DNA of 61,690 bases from Candidatus Limnocylindria bacterium (GCA_038255505.1 JBBSLF010000002.1:1-61690); one strand, 5' to 3'; numbered from the stretch's first letter, positions 1-11,728 are shown. The notes: a model not told the origin generated them from the sequence alone. Numbers and translations are program-made.

Positions 1-1203
<1,203 letters not shown>

Positions 1204-1349
1204 GCAGGCCCCCGCTGCGCGTCCGCTGCCCACGATTGATATCGAGCTTTTCGGCAAGTGCTACTTGAAAGATCGGAACTTGCTGACTTTCGCTCAGAGG
1301 GCCTGCGGCGAATGATGAAGGACCATTGCTGCCCGCCATATCGCAGGGA

Positions 1350-2201
1350 TCAGGGGATGGACGGGAAGCAGATCGGAAGCAGCGGTTCGAGAATACACGG
1401 GTCCGGCGTTGGGGTGGGCTCGGGCGTGGGCTCGGGCGTCGGCTCCGGCGTGGGCTCCGGCGTGGGGTCAGGTGTGGGCACAGGCGTAGGCACAGGCGTG
1501 GGGTCAGGTGTGGGCACAGGCGTAGGCACAGGCGTGGGGACTGGCGTAGGCACAGGCGTGGGGACTGGCGTAGGCACAGGCGTGGGATCCGGCGGAGGCG
1601 GTGGGGGTGTGCAGAGCTCCGGGATCAGGTCGCATTGATCGTCGCCTGGAGGCGGAGGCGGAGGCGTCGGGGTGGGTGTTGGCGAAGGCGCCGGTTGTCC
1701 GACGGACGGACCGGGAAAGGGCGCAATCGGTACCAACTGCGGAGGCGGCGGTATGGCGGAGCCTGGATTCTGCACGCTGCCGGTTGCCGAGGGACCGCCG
1801 GCCGCGACGCCTTCGCGAACGGGTTGCGGCGTGGGTCCTGGCGATGACGCCGGGGGTGACGCGCTCGACGTTGGGGACGGTGTGGCAGACGAGCTCTCGC
1901 CGTCACTTGGCCCGCCGAAGAGCTCGATCACGGAGCCGATAATGGGAACGTCACCGAACGGTTCGCTTGCCTCACCGCGCCCGTCGCCGAGCATCCCCGC
2001 GATTCCCGGTTCCTGAGAATCCGAGCCGCCCACGAACCGCGTAGCGACGACAGCGAGGCTGGCCGCGAGGAGGATCACGGCGAATGTCGACGCCAGTCGA
2101 CGGGGTCCGATTTCGGCGACTGCGGGCAACAGTCGCTGCTCAATGTACAGGGAGATGCGATGCAATAGGGAGGCACTTCGTGAATTGGCCTGCACCGCCA
2201 C
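1350..2201 (-). CDS. membrane-anchored Pro/Thr-repeat protein, function unknown
   Basis: 283-aa ORF with an N-terminal hydrophobic anchor ([17 protein letters not shown]), then a low-complexity region with (PTPV/PTPE/PTPD)n repeats. No catalytic motif recognised. Confidence 0.6.
   Translation of the reverse strand: MAVQANSRSASLLHRISLYIEQRLLPAVAEIGPRRLASTFAVILLAASLAVVATRFVGGSDSQEPGIAGMLGDGRGEASEPFGDVPIIGSVIELFGGPSDGESSSATPSPTSSASPPASSPGPTPQPVREGVAAGGPSATGSVQNPGSAIPPPPQLVPIAPFPGPSVGQPAPSPTPTPTPPPPPPGDDQCDLIPELCTPPPPPPDPTPVPTPVPTPVPTPVPTPVPTPVPTPDPTPVPTPVPTPDPTPEPTPEPTPEPTPEPTPTPDPCILEPLLPICFPSIP
1405..1595. repeat. nested tandem DNA repeat (12-nt base unit) encoding the PTPV/PTPE tract
   Basis: A perfect 36-nt unit occurs twice (1459-1494, 1495-1530), followed by a perfect 24-nt unit twice (1531-1554, 1555-1578), flanked by degenerate 12-nt units. 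Confidence 0.9.
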
Positions 2202-2425
2202 AAATCCTCACACCACCCACCACGCCCCTCACGTACGGGAACGCACCGAGTCCACGAGCGGTGTTACCCTGCGCCTGACCGGTCGGCCTCTCGATTCGCG
2301 CCCCCATCCGTGATCGTTGGGTCTCACCTCGCCTTCGCTGCACATCGCGGCAATCGGCGCAAACCCGGTCGAGACACCGCGCTTGACCGGTGAACCCATG
2401 CGCCGATGGGCAGCAGAGGTAGTCC

Positions 2426-4528
2426 ATGAACTCCTGGTACGTGGCTGGCGCGGGCGCCGCCGCGATCGGCGGCTTGCTGTTGGCCGGTCTCTTCGCACGG
2501 CAGGTCAACGCGGCCGATCCCGGAAATGAACGCATGCGCGAACTCATGGCGGCCATCCGTGAAGGCTCGATGGCCTTCCTGCGCCGGCAGTACACCGTGC
2601 TGGCCGGATTCGTGGCGATCGTCGCGCTGCTGATCTTCGCCATTCCGGACTACCGGTTCTTCGGCGCCGGCGCGTACCTGGCGGGCGCGATCGCGTCGGG
2701 CAGCGCCGGCTTCATCGGCATGCGAATCGCCACGGCGGCGAACGCACGGACCACGGAGGCGGCGCGCACCGGTGGCGTGGCGGCTGCGCTGAGCCTTGCA
2801 TTCCGCGGCGGCGCAGTGATGGGCTTCACCGTGGCCGGCCTTGGACTGCTGGGCGTGACGATCCTTTTCTTCCTGTTCATCCAGGCGCTGGAAGTTCCGA
2901 ACGCGCCGACGCTCATCGCCGCCTTCGGGCTCGGCGCCAGCAGCATCGCGCTCTTCGCCCGCGTCGGCGGCGGCATCTATACGAAGGCGGCCGATGTCGG
3001 AGCCGATCTCGTCGGCAAGGTGGAGGCCGGCATCCCGGAGGATGATCCGCGCAACCCGGCCGTCATCGCCGATAACGTGGGCGACAACGTGGGCGACGTC
3101 GCCGGCATGGGCGCCGACCTGTTCGAATCGTACGTCGGCTCGATCGTCGCGCCCATCGTGCTCGGTGCCGTCGTCTTCGCGGGGACGTCGGACCCTATGG
3201 CGGGCATCGTCTTTCCGCTGGCGATTGCGGGCGCGGGGATGGTGGCGAGCATCATCGGCTCATTCTTCGTACGCACCAGTCCCGGAGGCAATCTGGGTGC
3301 CGCGCTGCACCGCGGTACGAATGTCGCGGCGGGCCTGACGGCGCTCGCCGTTGCTGGTCTGTCCGTGCTCATCCTGGGTCCGGTTGCGGAAGTCGAGCAG
3401 CCGCTCTTCTTCGCCGCCGCGATCATCGGCGGCCTGGTGGCCGGGCTTGCCATCGGCTGGCTGAGCGAGTACTACACGTCCGACCACTACAGCCCGGTCA
3501 AGCGCCTGGCGGAGCAGGCTCGCACCGGACCGGCGACCGTCATCCTGGGCGGGCTGGCGGGTGGCATGCGCTCGACGGCGCCGAGCATCATCGTCATCGC
3601 CGCGGCCATCGTGGTGGCCTACGTGTTCGGCAACCTCGCGATTCCCGGCGACGACAACTCGGGCATCTACGGCATCGCCCTCGCGGCCATCGGCATGCTG
3701 GCGACCACGGCCATCACCGTCAGCGTGGACGCCTATGGACCGATCGCCGACAACGCCGGAGGGATTGCGCAGATGGCGGACCTTCCCCCGGAGGTGCGCC
3801 GCGATACCGATGCGCTCGACTCGCTCGGCAACACGACCGCGGCGGTGGCCAAGGGATTCGCCGTCGGATCGGCGGCGCTCACCGCGCTGGCGCTCTTCCG
3901 GAGCTTTACCGAGACCGCCAACGCCGCCCTGATCGAGGCCGGGCGTCCGACCATCCTGCTCGACATCACCGATGTATCGGTCACGGTCGGCCTGTTCATC
4001 GGCGCCATGCTGCCGTTCCTGTTCGCCGCCATCACCATCGAGGCGGTCGGCCGCGCCGCCAACGCCATGATCATCGAGGTGCGCCGGCAGTTCGCCGAAA
4101 TCCCCGGCCTGCGCGAGGGCGCTCCAGGCGCTCGAGCGGACTACACCCGCTGTGTCGACATCAGTACCGCGGCGGCGCTGCGCGAGATGGTCATCCCGGG
4201 TGCCCTGGCGATCGTGACGCCGCTCGTCATCGGCTTCATAAGCCTCCAGGCACTCGGTGGTTTCCTGGTGGGCGCGCTGATCTCCGGGTTCCTGCTCGCC
4301 ATCTTCATGGCCAACGCCGGTGGGGCGTGGGACAACGCCAAGAAGTACGTCGAGTCAGGCGAGGTCGGCGGGAAGGGCAGCGAGCCGCACAAGGCGGCGG
4401 TGGTGGGGGACACTGTCGGCGATCCGCTGAAGGACACGGCCGGTCCGTCGATGAACATCCTGATCAAGGTCATGAGCGTCGTCTCGCTGATCGCCGTACC
4501 CGCGTTCGTCGGGTTCCGCCCGTTCTAA
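2426..4528 (+). CDS. hppA: membrane-bound proton-translocating pyrophosphatase
   Basis: 700 aa and multi-TM. V-PPase signatures are [21 protein letters not shown] and [18 protein letters not shown]. Ala rather than Lys in GNTTAA tentatively suggests the K+-dependent subclass. Confidence 0.96.
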   Translation: MNSWYVAGAGAAAIGGLLLAGLFARQVNAADPGNERMRELMAAIREGSMAFLRRQYTVLAGFVAIVALLIFAIPDYRFFGAGAYLAGAIASGSAGFIGMRIATAANARTTEAARTGGVAAALSLAFRGGAVMGFTVAGLGLLGVTILFFLFIQALEVPNAPTLIAAFGLGASSIALFARVGGGIYTKAADVGADLVGKVEAGIPEDDPRNPAVIADNVGDNVGDVAGMGADLFESYVGSIVAPIVLGAVVFAGTSDPMAGIVFPLAIAGAGMVASIIGSFFVRTSPGGNLGAALHRGTNVAAGLTALAVAGLSVLILGPVAEVEQPLFFAAAIIGGLVAGLAIGWLSEYYTSDHYSPVKRLAEQARTGPATVILGGLAGGMRSTAPSIIVIAAAIVVAYVFGNLAIPGDDNSGIYGIALAAIGMLATTAITVSVDAYGPIADNAGGIAQMADLPPEVRRDTDALDSLGNTTAAVAKGFAVGSAALTALALFRSFTETANAALIEAGRPTILLDITDVSVTVGLFIGAMLPFLFAAITIEAVGRAANAMIIEVRRQFAEIPGLREGAPGARADYTRCVDISTAAALREMVIPGALAIVTPLVIGFISLQALGGFLVGALISGFLLAIFMANAGGAWDNAKKYVESGEVGGKGSEPHKAAVVGDTVGDPLKDTAGPSMNILIKVMSVVSLIAVPAFVGFRPF

Positions 4529-4552
4529 GGGCTGATGTCGCACGGTGGGAGC

Positions 4553-5314
4553 TCAGCTGGGAGTCGGTGTCGGCGATGGCGTTACGCTCGGCGCCGGGCT
4601 TGCCGAGGGGGTCGGCATCGGAGTTGGTGTCAGCGTCGGACTTGGGGTCGGCGACGGTGACGGCGTGGGCGGAGCCGTCGTCGGGGCGGCCGTCGGAGCC
4701 GGAGTCGAGGTGGGGGGTGGCGAGATAGTCACGACGGCAGTCGGCCGCGGCGTCGGCGCTGGCGTCTGAAAGGGTGGAGTCACCGGGCCAGGCGTTGGTT
4801 GGGCCGCCGCGCTCGTCCCGGCAGGTTGTGATGCCGTCGAATCTGCGCTGAATGACGCTGACGGGCTTGCGGTCGCCGATGGCGATCCCGGTGCCGATGC
4901 TGGTGGCGCTCCCGTTCCGGTTGCCGTTGCGTCCGGCGCGCCACCGACGCCGCCGAGCACCCCCTCGGCCGGGGTGGATTGCGGCGTCGCTTCGATCTCG
5001 GCCAGCCCGCCACCGTCCGGAGGGATGAGGCTGCCGACGCCGATGGCGGTGGCGACGGCGACGAACCCGACAGCCGCGATTCCGGCCGCCGTTCGAGCGA
5101 TCGCGGTACCGATGAACGGAGAACGCATCGGTCGAGCGAGTGTCGGTGGGGCTCCGGCCGCGCCAGCATTCACCGCGGTCAGGGCGTCGAGTCCGGCCGC
5201 CAGCCGCAGACAGTCATCACACGCCGAGGCGTGAAGAGCCACGTCGCGCGGCAGCTCGGCGACCGTGCCGTCCGTCAGCCAGGAGCGGAATCGGTCATGG
5301 TGAGGGTCATTCAT
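4553..5314 (-). CDS. anti-sigma factor (zf-HC2 type) with TM segment and Pro/Thr/Ser-rich extracytoplasmic tail
   Basis: N-terminal H-x3-C-x2-C (HASACDDC) and one TM ([19 protein letters not shown]). Its start overlaps the stop of the upstream sigma-like gene by 4 nt (5311-5314). Confidence 0.75.
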   Translation of the reverse strand: MNDPHHDRFRSWLTDGTVAELPRDVALHASACDDCLRLAAGLDALTAVNAGAAGAPPTLARPMRSPFIGTAIARTAAGIAAVGFVAVATAIGVGSLIPPDGGGLAEIEATPQSTPAEGVLGGVGGAPDATATGTGAPPASAPGSPSATASPSASFSADSTASQPAGTSAAAQPTPGPVTPPFQTPAPTPRPTAVVTISPPPTSTPAPTAAPTTAPPTPSPSPTPSPTLTPTPMPTPSASPAPSVTPSPTPTPS

Positions 5315-5871
5315 GTCATGGCTCGTGCCGCGATGGCGCGGACTCGATCCACCGTGGGTCCGGCGATGGGTTGCGCATCACCGGCGGTGGCGGCATAGGC
5401 GCGGAAGTACGTCGTCCGTGCCCGCGCAAGCAGGTCGCTCAGCTGCCGGTCACTCCGTCCCACGATCACGGCGACATCGGGGAGGCCCAGCCGCTCGATA
5501 TTCGCGGCAACGAGCGCCGCTCTCTCGCGAAGGCTCAGCGCCGCGAGTCCGGCGATGATTGCGTCATCGACGTCCATTCGCTCCAGGATTGCCATCCGAT
5601 CCGACCTGCGCGGGTCGGGGCCGCGTCGGTGTCGGGTCACGTCGCGAACAACTCGGGATCTCAGCCAGGCCGCGGCGCGTTCAGGGTGGCGAAGTTCGCC
5701 GAGCCGTTCGGATCCATCGGCGAGAGCGTCTGCGCTGAGCCGTGCGGCGCGGGCGCGATCACCAAGCATCAGCAGGAGCGCGAAACCGTGTAGCGTCGGG
5801 CCGTGGAGCTCGCGGAAAGCCGCGTGGTGGGCCTCGGTGGCGGCGGTGCTGGGTGACGCGGCTGGCTTCAT
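5311..5871 (-). CDS. divergent sigma-70/ECF-like factor
   Basis: A region-2-like segment ([17 protein letters not shown]) and a region-4-like HTH ([41 protein letters not shown]). It is coupled to the anti-sigma gene. ATG at 5871 is preferred over the ORF-track start 6069, which lies upstream of the predicted promoter. Confidence 0.55.
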   Translation of the reverse strand: MKPAASPSTAATEAHHAAFRELHGPTLHGFALLLMLGDRARAARLSADALADGSERLGELRHPERAAAWLRSRVVRDVTRHRRGPDPRRSDRMAILERMDVDDAIIAGLAALSLRERAALVAANIERLGLPDVAVIVGRSDRQLSDLLARARTTYFRAYAATAGDAQPIAGPTVDRVRAIAARAMT

Positions 5872-6020
5872 CGGCCCTCGTGGCGGGGAAGTTCGGATGA
5901 GAGTGGTGTGGTCCGGTACGGAGTTTACCGCCTCAGCATCACGCGGCAGAACGGGCGTATCCACGGGTCGAACGCAGTCGGCAGCCTCACGCGGCGTAAG
6001 TGGGTCGGGATGACCGGGGC

Positions 6021-6068
6021 TTGACAACGGTCTATAATTGCCTTTCAGACCTTGACAAGTACTTGACA
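6021..6068. promoter_or_regulatory. divergent promoter region between the sigma-like operon and dnaG
   Basis: Three TTGACA hexamers (6021, 6052, 6063) and TCTATAAT (6031-6038). On the plus strand the -10 is TATAAT (6033-6038). On the minus strand the -35 is TTGTCA (6058-6053), then 16 nt, then -10 TATAGA (6036-6031). Confidence 0.5.
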
Positions 6069-7931
6069 CGCGCTCGACCGGGGCGCGAGGACGCGGCCAT
6101 CACCCTTTCATCTGGAACCTCATCTGGCATCGTCGCCGAGATCAAGGCGAAGCTGTCCGCCGTCGAGATCGTGGGCGAGACGGTGCAGCTCAAGCGAGCC
6201 GGAACCGTGTACAAGGGGCTCTGTCCGTTCCACGCGGAGAAGACACCCTCGTTCATCGTTACGCCCGAGCGCGAGACGTGGCATTGCTTCGGCTGCGGCG
6301 AGCACGGGGATATCTTCACCTTCCTCATGCGCCGCGATGGGCTGGACTTTCGCGAGTCGCTGACCCGGCTGGCTGAGCGGGCGGGGGTCGAGCTGTCCGA
6401 GCGCACCGCGCGCGAGGATCGTCGCAAACGCCGCCTGCGCGAGGCGCTGGAAGCCGCGATCGCCTGGTACCGCGAGGTCCTGCTCCAGGCCCGCCAGGCG
6501 GAACGCGCTCGTGCGTACCTCGCCGAGCGAGGGTTCACGGAGGAGACCCTGGATCGGTTCACCATCGGCTATGCACCCAATAACTGGGAGGCCCTGACCA
6601 GGCGTCTCCGTGGGAAGGGCTTCACCGATGCCGAGCTGACCGATGCCGGCCTCGCCAGCCCGTCCACACGCGGCGGCGTATACGACCGCTTCCGCGGGCG
6701 GATCATCATCCCGATTCGGGATGTCTCCGCCCGCGCCATCGGTCTTGGCGGTCGAATCATGCCCGGCGCCGAGGGTCCGAAATACCTGAACTCGCCGGCC
6801 ACGGTGCTGTTCGACAAGAGCCGGACCCTGTACGGGATCGATCTCGCCAAGGGCGCCATCCGCCGCGAGAAGCTCACGGTCATCGTTGAGGGCTATACCG
6901 ATGTCATGGCCGCCCACCAGGCCGGCTTCGCCAACGTCGTCGCCAGTCTCGGCACTGCGCTGACGGCGGGCCAGGTGGAGCTTGCCAACCGCTATGCCGA
7001 TGCGGTCGCGCTCGCGTACGACGTCGACCTCGCCGGTGAGGCGGCGACCCAGCGTGGCCTCCTCGAGGAGCTCGGTCCGGTGGTCAGCAAGGTGCGCGTC
7101 ATCCGCATTCCCGCGGGCAAGGACCCCGATGAGCTCATCCGGACCGATCCTGACGGATGGCGTCAATCGGTCGCCGATGCCGAGGAGCTGTTGCCGTACT
7201 TCATGGCGCGAGCAGCCGCGGAGGTCGACATGCGTCAGGCCCAGGGCCGCAGCGCATATTCGCGACGCATGCTCGACCTGCTGCGCCGCATCCCCGACCG
7301 GGTTGAGCAGGATTCCTACGTGCCGCAGCTGGCCCAGCTGGCCGGGATTGATGAGCGCGTCCTGCGCGATGAACTCTCGCGGGGTCCCGTGCCGGTCTTG
7401 ATTCGACCACAGCAGTCGACATCGTCGCTCGACGGCGAGCCAAAGCTGGACCAATTGCAACGAGAAGCTCTGATCCTCCTGCTGATCAACCCGTCGCTGG
7501 CAGCAGAGTTGCCCGAAGGTGAGCGCCTTCCCCTCCGTGATGAGTCCGCGCAGGCGCTGGGTCAGGCTTGGCGCACCGCGGTGGTGGCGGCGGGAGGTCG
7601 GCCGGACCTCGAGGCCTTCGTGGCCGGTCTCGACGCCGCGAGTGCGGACCTGGCGCGGAGCCTGCTGGCCATGGTCCGGGTGCGTGGCATGCGCCCCGAC
7701 CTCGAGACCGATCGCGAATCGTTTCGCGTGTGCCTGCTCCGGCTCCGCGTGGAACACACGACCGAGCGATTGAGCGACATGGAGGCCCTGATCCGCGCGA
7801 GCGCGGAGGATGGGTCGACTGATGACATTCGAGATCTGGAACGACAGTTCCAGGAGCTGACGCAGGAACGCGAGCAGCTGGTGAGAACGATGAGAGGACC
7901 GGCCATGGTGGCCGGCGAGAGGAGAAGCTGA
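6063..7931 (+). CDS. dnaG: DNA primase
   Basis: Zinc-ribbon [11 protein letters not shown]...CFGCGEHGD and [14 protein letters not shown]...[11 protein letters not shown]. The start is uncertain: TTG 6063 fits the usual N-terminal length, and the ORF-track start is 6000 (GTG). Confidence 0.93.
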   Translation: MTRARPGREDAAITLSSGTSSGIVAEIKAKLSAVEIVGETVQLKRAGTVYKGLCPFHAEKTPSFIVTPERETWHCFGCGEHGDIFTFLMRRDGLDFRESLTRLAERAGVELSERTAREDRRKRRLREALEAAIAWYREVLLQARQAERARAYLAERGFTEETLDRFTIGYAPNNWEALTRRLRGKGFTDAELTDAGLASPSTRGGVYDRFRGRIIIPIRDVSARAIGLGGRIMPGAEGPKYLNSPATVLFDKSRTLYGIDLAKGAIRREKLTVIVEGYTDVMAAHQAGFANVVASLGTALTAGQVELANRYADAVALAYDVDLAGEAATQRGLLEELGPVVSKVRVIRIPAGKDPDELIRTDPDGWRQSVADAEELLPYFMARAAAEVDMRQAQGRSAYSRRMLDLLRRIPDRVEQDSYVPQLAQLAGIDERVLRDELSRGPVPVLIRPQQSTSSLDGEPKLDQLQREALILLLINPSLAAELPEGERLPLRDESAQALGQAWRTAVVAAGGRPDLEAFVAGLDAASADLARSLLAMVRVRGMRPDLETDRESFRVCLLRLRVEHTTERLSDMEALIRASAEDGSTDDIRDLERQFQELTQEREQLVRTMRGPAMVAGERRS

Positions 7932-7933
7932 GC

Positions 7934-9865
7934 GTGGCGACAAACATGAGAACCCCGAAACCACCGGCGAAGGCCGAGCCGGCGACGAAGACCACTGCGA
8001 AATCCGAGCCCAAGCCGCCGGCGAAGGTATCGGCCCCGCCGGCGAAAAAGGCGGCGGCGTCAAAGGCCGCTGCGCCAGCGAAGCGTGGGACGACGGCCGG
8101 CACTAGCGTGGACCAGAAGGCCCAGGCTGCCATCGTCAGCGGCCTGATCAAGCGCGGGCGTGAAGAGGGCTTCATCACGCACGATCAGATTCTCGAGGCG
8201 CTGCCCCAGCCCGAGGCGCAGATGGCCCAGATCGAGGAGCTCTACGCCACCGCCCATGAGTCAGGGATCGAGGTCCTCGACGCTGACAACCAGCCAACCC
8301 TCATCGGCGAGCCCGAGGGGGGAGAGTCCGAGACGAAGAGGCCTGCTTCGGTGTCAAGCAGGACGAAGCCCGGCGAAGAGGATCTCGAGGCCCTGGCTGC
8401 GGATCTCATCGGTATCGACGACCCGGTGCGCATGTACCTCAAGGAGATCGGCAAGGTCGCGCTCCTGACGGCGGAGGAGGAGGTCGTCCTTGCCAAGGCC
8501 ATCGAGCTCGGAGAGCTCGTGGTCGAGGATCCGGCGCGCGCGCTGGTGAACTTGTTCGCGTGGGTCACGCTCGATCTGGAGCCGAAGGCGCGAAGCATGG
8601 CCGCGATGCGCGCGTTCGACATGCCGAAGGACTCGCCGCGCGTCACCCACGAGGCGATCGACTGGTGGACCGGGCGCAAGCGCAAGACCATCGAGCCGCC
8701 GACGATCAAACTGGCCAAGGCGCGCAAGGCGACGAACCTCGACGACGATGCGCGGACCCGGCTGATGGAGGCCGAGTCGATCATCAAGGTCCTCGCAGTC
8801 GATCCGGCGCAGGGCATCCGCGACGCCATCCTGTTCGGCTCGACGTATCGGTTCCGATCCATCAGCCATGCGGGCGCTCCCGAGCTGTACGAGCTCGAGC
8901 GCTGGGCGCGCGAGACGGCCCAGGAGATCGTGGCCGAGTACATCGCGGCGGGCAACGAGGCGGAGTACACGCTCAGCCTTGGCTATGATCCGACGATTCC
9001 GGCCGAGGTGCCGCTCGAGAAGCGCTCCGGACGGTTGGTCGAGCAGAGCACCGATGCGCGCAAGCGCCTGACCGAGGCCAACCTGCGCCTGGTGGTCAGC
9101 ATCGCCAAGAAGTACATCGGCCGCGGCATGAGCTTCCTGGATCTCATCCAGGAGGGGAATATCGGTCTTATTCGCGCGGTCGAGAAGTTCGACTACGAGA
9201 AGGGCTTCAAATTCAGCACGTACGCGACGTGGTGGATCCGGCAGGCCATCACGCGCGCGATCGCCGACCAGGCACGGACGATCCGCATCCCGGTCCACAT
9301 GGTCGAGACGATCAACCGACTCATCCGCGTGTCGCGCACGCTCCTGCAGGAGCTGGGACGTGAGCCGACGGTGGAGGAGATCGCGCGTCGCATGAGCCGC
9401 GACGAGATCATTCGAGAGCTCCGCGACAAGCTTCAGCGCGAGCCGACCGAGGGCGAAGTTGACGTCCGCGTGGCCGAGGGCCCGCAGACGGTTTCGCCCG
9501 AGAAGGTGCGCGAGATCATGAAGGTCTCCCAGGAGCCGGTGAGCCTCGAGACGCCGATCGGCGAGGAGGAGGACTCGCACCTCGGCGACTTCATCCCGGA
9601 CCTTGCGTCCGTGGCTCCCGCCGATGCCGCCAGCCACCAGCTTCTCAAGGAGCAGGTGGAGGGCGTGCTCGACTCGCTCACTCCGCGGGAGCGCCGTGTC
9701 CTTCAACTTCGCTTCGGGCTAGAGGACGGCCGGTCTCGTACTCTCGAGGAGGTCGGCCGCGACTTCAACGTGACCCGCGAACGCATCCGCCAGATCGAAG
9801 CCAAGGCGTTGCGCAAGCTGCGTCATCCCTCGCGCTCCCGCAAGCTCAAGGACTACCTGGAGTAG
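7934..9865 (+). CDS. rpoD: primary RNA polymerase sigma factor (sigma-70/SigA)
   Basis: Region 1.2 VRMYLKEIG, region 2 [36 protein letters not shown], region 4 [33 protein letters not shown] lies 7 nt upstream of GTG 7934. Confidence 0.96.
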   Translation: MATNMRTPKPPAKAEPATKTTAKSEPKPPAKVSAPPAKKAAASKAAAPAKRGTTAGTSVDQKAQAAIVSGLIKRGREEGFITHDQILEALPQPEAQMAQIEELYATAHESGIEVLDADNQPTLIGEPEGGESETKRPASVSSRTKPGEEDLEALAADLIGIDDPVRMYLKEIGKVALLTAEEEVVLAKAIELGELVVEDPARALVNLFAWVTLDLEPKARSMAAMRAFDMPKDSPRVTHEAIDWWTGRKRKTIEPPTIKLAKARKATNLDDDARTRLMEAESIIKVLAVDPAQGIRDAILFGSTYRFRSISHAGAPELYELERWARETAQEIVAEYIAAGNEAEYTLSLGYDPTIPAEVPLEKRSGRLVEQSTDARKRLTEANLRLVVSIAKKYIGRGMSFLDLIQEGNIGLIRAVEKFDYEKGFKFSTYATWWIRQAITRAIADQARTIRIPVHMVETINRLIRVSRTLLQELGREPTVEEIARRMSRDEIIRELRDKLQREPTEGEVDVRVAEGPQTVSPEKVREIMKVSQEPVSLETPIGEEEDSHLGDFIPDLASVAPADAASHQLLKEQVEGVLDSLTPRERRVLQLRFGLEDGRSRTLEEVGRDFNVTRERIRQIEAKALRKLRHPSRSRKLKDYLE

Positions 9866-9926
9866 CCGGTGCTTCGATGCCGATGGTGGCGATGCGCACC
9901 CAGCGAGCTCCGCCTGCCTTCGGGCA

Positions 9927-10400
9927 TCAGTCCGATTCGACGTGCTCCGGGCCGGGCCCGAGTCCGAGCGTTCCATGGGTCGTGCCCAGGCACAGGCGGG
10001 TGACGACCGCCAGCCCAGCCGCTGCGGCAATGGCAGATGCGGCGCCGCTTTGAGTGCCGGGCTGGAACCACACGACCTTGGCGCCGATGCGCGCAGCGTC
10101 GCGGGCGATCTCGGGTCCATCGTTGGCTGGGCGGAAGACGTCGACGATGTCGATCGGCTCCTCCGCCTCGTCCAGCGCTCGGAGAACCGGCTCGCCGAAG
10201 ATCTCGCCCCCACGCGGACTGATCGGGATGATTCGATAGCCCTGCGACTGCAGGTAGAGCGGCACGTAGTGGGCTGGTCGATCCGCGTTCGTCGACGCGC
10301 CGACGACCGCGATCGTCACCGATTCGCGGTAGATGCGCAGGAGATCGTCCCGTGACAGGCGTTTCGATGTGGCGCGGATGGTTGGGGAGTCGTCGGTCAT
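9927..10400 (-). CDS. CoA-binding domain protein (YccU/YneT-like)
   Basis: 157 aa with IAVVGASTNADRPAHYV...GYRIIPISPRG...DIVDVFRP...VWFQPG, typical of the single-domain CoA-binding family. Confidence 0.8.
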   Translation of the reverse strand: MTDDSPTIRATSKRLSRDDLLRIYRESVTIAVVGASTNADRPAHYVPLYLQSQGYRIIPISPRGGEIFGEPVLRALDEAEEPIDIVDVFRPANDGPEIARDAARIGAKVVWFQPGTQSGAASAIAAAAGLAVVTRLCLGTTHGTLGLGPGPEHVESD

Positions 10401-10404
10401 CGGC

Positions 10405-10434
10405 TTGGAAGCTCCTCAGATGATGCGGTATTAT
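10405..10434 (+). promoter_or_regulatory. sigma-70-like promoter upstream of tRNA-Asn
   Basis: TTGGAA (10405-10410), 18 nt, TATTAT (10429-10434), about 40 nt upstream of the tRNA 5' end. Confidence 0.45.
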
Positions 10435-10475
10435 TCGCCAGTCCCACGACCATCCGATATCGTGGCGCCCTGCGT

Positions 10476-10550
10476 TCCGGCGTAGCTCAGTGGTAGAGCG
10501 GGCGGCTGTTAACCGCCATGTCGTAGGTTCGAATCCTACCGCCGGAGCCA
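10476..10550 (+). tRNA. tRNA-Asn (anticodon GTT), CCA encoded
   Basis: Hand-folded cloverleaf: acceptor TCCGGCG/CGCCGGA, D arm GCTC..GAGC, anticodon stem GGCGG/CCGCC with loop CTGTTAA, T arm GTAGG-TTCGAAT-CCTAC. Confidence 0.93.
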
Positions 10551-10740
10551 CCTTCACCAAGTGGCGACTGCAGTGGGGAGGGCTCGATTGCGCTCGAGCT
10601 TGAGCACCGTTCTCGGGAGCCTGTTCGCTGAGGAGGCGAGCGACACGTCCGGCCGGATCGGGCACACCTGATCCGAACGCGGCGAACCTACACTCGGCCG
10701 AGGCTAACGCTGGCGATTGGCGAGCGTTATTACGAGTGAG

Positions 10741-10794
10741 CCGGACACTGCGTTGGCGGTTTGCCGCCAGGGCAGCCGCAGTGTTCGGTTTTTT
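10741..10794 (+). terminator. strong intrinsic terminator
   Basis: A 12-bp stem, CCGGACACTGCG (10741-10752) with CGCAGTGTTCGG (10777-10788, one G-U pair), an inner hairpin GGCGG-TTT-GCCGCC, then TTTTTT (10789-10794). Confidence 0.7.
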
Positions 10795-10816
10795 CGTTGG
10801 CCGATTCTGCTCGTGG

Positions 10817-11038
10817 TCAGCCCCGGCGTTCGTGCCAGTCGGGGTCGACGGGCGCGGTTGGTCCGACGTCGCCGAAGGTCGGAACCAGGATCCAGCCCAT
10901 GACCGCCATCGCGAATCCGAATACCAGCAACATGACCGAGCCCGCCGCCTCATAGCTGACGAACCAGTAGATGGCGGCGACCGCGATGACGAGCAGCGGA
11001 ATGGCGAAATACTTCAGGAACGTCATGAGCAACATCAT
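10817..11038 (-). CDS. small two-TM membrane protein, function unknown
   Basis: 73 aa with two hydrophobic helices (FAIPLLVIAVAAIYWFV; VMLLVFGFAMAVMGWILV). It loosely resembles small cytochrome-oxidase subunit-IV-like proteins, but this is not established. Confidence 0.55.
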   Translation of the reverse strand: MMLLMTFLKYFAIPLLVIAVAAIYWFVSYEAAGSVMLLVFGFAMAVMGWILVPTFGDVGPTAPVDPDWHERRG

Positions 11039-11083
11039 ACCCCGCAGACTGGGCTCATCGGAATCTATGTAAATCTAGGTGTT

Positions 11084-11662
11084 TTAGGCGATCCAGCCGC
11101 AATCGGTGCGGCTGATGGTGCCGGTGCCGGCGTTGGGCGACCCCGCTCCGGCTGGACGAACGCCAACTTCGGGGGCGTGGGTGCCGGCCAGGGGTCTCGT
11201 ACCGAGCATCCGGTCGGCGAACATCAGGGTCGCGCGTCGTGTCGTGGCATCGGTGATTGGCGGGGCCGTCTCCGACGCATCGGGGAGCGCAAGGGTCGCG
11301 CCGCCTGATCCTCTTGTTGCCTCGCGCGCGGTGACGACCGTCCCATCGGGGTAGCTGAGCCAGAGACCACGCAGTCGGGCGATGAAATGCTCGGCCATGC
11401 CCGGCACGAGACGATCGACGATCCCGCGTCCGCTGCGCCGATAGCCGCGTGGGCGCTCATCAGCCTGAACGCGATCGACGAACGCGTGCGTGAGCAGCTC
11501 GTCCACGGCGACCTTCACGGCCTCGGGTGCTTCGATCGTCGAGCGCCCGTCGCGGAAGGTGGCAAGGCCCACGACTTCGGGCACCGAGCTGCCACGTGGC
11601 GTGCGCAGCAGCTCGAACACGAGGGTATCCTCGGTGCGGGGATCGGCGTTGCGGTCGATCAT
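11084..11662 (-). CDS. hypothetical protein
   Basis: 192-aa ORF with a globular-looking N-terminal ~115 aa followed by a low-complexity tail. No motif recognised. It occupies an otherwise empty interval. Confidence 0.5.
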   Translation of the reverse strand: MIDRNADPRTEDTLVFELLRTPRGSSVPEVVGLATFRDGRSTIEAPEAVKVAVDELLTHAFVDRVQADERPRGYRRSGRGIVDRLVPGMAEHFIARLRGLWLSYPDGTVVTAREATRGSGGATLALPDASETAPPITDATTRRATLMFADRMLGTRPLAGTHAPEVGVRPAGAGSPNAGTGTISRTDCGWIA

Positions 11663-11728
11663 GGGCGGAGAATAGCGCAGTGGGCGGCATCCGCGCGGTT
11701 CGCTGGCGCGGCATCCTCGACTAGACTC

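Noticed and set aside
1405-1595. Regular short repeats considered as a possible CRISPR array.
   Set aside because: The units are 12/24/36-nt head-to-tail tandem repeats with no unique spacers, and they lie in frame inside a CDS.
1258-1638. Plus-strand ORF encoding (GVGS/GVGT)n.
   Set aside because: It is the antisense reading of the PTPV repeat tract. The minus-strand ORF has a membrane anchor and a longer coherent frame.
6120-8063. 647-aa minus-strand ORF antisense to dnaG. The same class includes 14070-15773, 22828-24525, 25434-27272, 33231-35591, 36097-38199, 42517-43878, 52608-54167 and 60748-61641.
   Set aside because: Each lies fully antisense to a gene with unmistakable conserved motifs. 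Their translations are Arg/Gly/Asp/His-rich with no motifs. Long stop-free antisense frames are expected at this GC content.
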